From Vicugna vicugna (taxonomy: Eukaryota), in the NCBI GenBank assembly GCA_013265495.1, contig MU058384.1, positions 1,551,690 to 1,615,689 of the forward strand: a stretch of DNA of 64,000 bases, written 5' to 3'. Every line of letters begins with the position of its first letter. The first letter of the stretch is position 1. Under the pieces are notes generated by a model, which did not search any database, was not told the DNA's origin, and saw only the letters and a program-made list of their open reading frames with translations. This document shows positions 63,461-64,000 of this stretch, piece by piece. The position numbers were made by a program, and so were the translations under genes.

Positions 63461-63484
63461 TTCTGAGAAGACTATTTCCAAGAA
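63461..63484. promoter_or_regulatory. Tandem STAT5-type GAS pair
   Basis: TTCTGAGAA (63461-63469), 6-bp spacer, TTCCAAGAA (63476-63484); both fit TTCYNRGAA. Confidence 0.5.
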
Positions 63485-64000
63485 TACTCAGGAGAATTCC
63501 AAGTGTGAATAATCCCAGATCACCCTCTCTCCTTTGAAACTAAAAAAATTCAGATCATAATGAGAAATTAAAACAAATTGGCATTTTATGGTCGATTGTA
63601 AGCTTATACAAATTAATTACTTTGTGGCAAGTTCTGACTTGAGACATTAAAAAAAAATCAACTCCAATTTTGAAGAAGATGGTGTAAGTAAACGGAAGGC
63701 AGAATTTAGCTCATTGTTTGGCTTTGGTCTCTTTTTCCTGTGCTATCTTTATAAAGGCTGTAAGTAGCAGCTTAGAAATGCTGGGGAGTTTTTTTTTTTC
63801 TTTCATTCTTTCTTTTTTTTTTTTTTTAAAGAGGATTTGGCCAGAAACTTTGTTATTTGCATAGAGTAGGATCTTGACATGTCCTGTGCTTTATCTTGTC
63901 TACATTGTAAAACGTGACTATGGACTTAAAAATTTAAAACAAATCAGCAGTTACCGAACACTGCATTGAAAATGTATTCATTCCAAACTGAATTATCATT

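Overview
AT-rich, CpG-depleted mammalian genomic DNA, most likely a camelid (alpaca/vicuna/camel/llama) because it carries a tRNA-derived SINE of the camelid vic-1 type, and I saw no Alu, Bov-A, PRE-1 or Can-SINE. I recognise no host protein-coding exon, RNA gene, CRISPR array or prokaryotic system, so the window looks intergenic or deep intronic. The supplied ORFs are LINE-1 ORF2 debris or chance frames. Roughly half of the window is transposon-derived: four large LINE-1 blocks (about 9.7-13.0, 13.8-16.6, 38.8-41.3 and 47.3-52.9 kb), three short young L1 3' ends (two with clear target-site duplications), solo LTRs (ERV1-type, MLT1 x4, LTR16-like), one MER58A-like hAT MITE, and many MIR, L2 and L3 remnants. 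The best-supported unusual structure is a twin-primed (5'-inverted) L1 at 38.76-41.28 kb whose TSD also encloses a foreign, older-type L1 3' tail, implying a chimeric template. The best regulatory signal is a cluster of seven STAT5-type GAS motifs at 56.0-63.5 kb, including a tandem pair 6 bp apart, next to a candidate promoter/first exon at about 57 kb. Repeat family names come from remembered consensus resemblance, not a search, and boundaries without a stated TSD are approximate.
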